A stretch of DNA of 63,609 nucleotides, the filler included, from Dimorphilus gyrociliatus (taxonomy: Eukaryota; Animalia; Annelida), in NCBI GenBank assembly GCA_904063045.1. It is 5 parts of 5 records of this genome, joined end to end, with 100 filler letters (N's around TTAATTAATTAA, not from the genome) between each part and the next. Parts side by side here need not be neighbours in the genome. Positions count along the whole stretch, not along the records: positions 57,469 to 63,609 come from CAJFCJ010000199.1; 4 more parts are not named here. The stretch is one strand, 5' to 3'. The notes below the pieces were generated by a model. That model did not search any database. It had not been told where the DNA came from and worked only from the letters and a program-made list of their open reading frames with translations. Both the position numbers and the translations under genes were made by a program. This document shows positions 63,259-63,609 of the stretch, piece after piece (position 1 is the stretch's first letter; every line of letters begins with the position of its first letter).

Positions 63259-63609
63259 CTACTCTACAAGACCTTTCAAACCCATCCTCCATTTGAAAAT
63301 TTCTAGACAAGTCAACACTCTCCAAATAAGAACAATAATAGAATGTGTTTGCCAAGTCTGTTGTTTTTTTTCTATTTAAATTGCAATGTGAAATATATCA
63401 ACTTTTTGAATGCCTTAAAAGAAGATGTGAGTCCAGTACAAGTACTTTCAAATCCACCATTTCCCATTTTATATTTTGAAGATAAATCAACAGTTTCCAA
63501 TTTAGAACATTGTTTAAAAACTTGTCCTAGTTGATTAGCTTGTTCACTATTTAAATTACACTGCTTGATAAGTAAACATTTTAGAGTTTGTGAACAAGTT
63601 TTCAGTCCT
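63152..63609 (-). pseudogene. Ribonuclease-inhibitor-type LRR (NLR-like) 3' portion, frameshifted
   Basis: About 56-aa repeat: CNLNSEQANQLGQVFKQCSKLETVDLS..MGNGGFESTCTGL / CNLN..DLANTFYYCSYLESVDLSRNFQMEDGFERSC. Confidence 0.7.

Noticed and set aside
1-63609. tRNA, rRNA or snRNA genes
   Set aside because: No T-loop/D-loop or rRNA signature found by eye; a tRNAscan/Infernal run would be needed to exclude them.

Overview
AT-rich eukaryotic (animal) DNA. The window is five separate contigs joined by an artificial 100-bp linker (N44-TTAATTAATTAA-N44): A 1-7963, B 8064-23158, C 23259-49720, D 49821-57368, E 57469-63609. Very short introns, the gene families (fucolectin/FTP, SUEL lectin, PAN/apple, GRL101-type LGR, NR2E nuclear receptor, IDO, RI-type LRR) and TTAGGG-type motifs suggest a compact-genome lophotrochozoan, possibly a Dimorphilus-like annelid (inference only). 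Apparently intact host genes: two FTP/galactose-binding-fold genes, a 3-domain SUEL lectin, a PAN gene, a METTL27-like methyltransferase and an IDO-family gene. Many other genes are decayed. Highlights: (1) relics of bacterial genes absent from or only partly caught by the ORF track, sitting among intron-containing animal genes (dnaG, YfiT/BstA, NAD(P)-binding epimerase-like, a duplicated MDR alcohol dehydrogenase, a cytosine/nucleoside deaminase); (2) a type I hammerhead ribozyme with every core nucleotide and a palindromic helix III at about 59149-59207; (3) a three-layer nest in contig D: a Merlin/ISXO2 element interrupted by a TIR-bounded integrase (Ginger-like) element whose TIR is interrupted by a Tc1/IS630 element; (4) an AChBP-like soluble Cys-loop pseudogene; (5) an NR2E6-like receptor that has lost a zinc-ligand Cys. 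All homology calls come from manual translation and motif recognition; no database searches were run.
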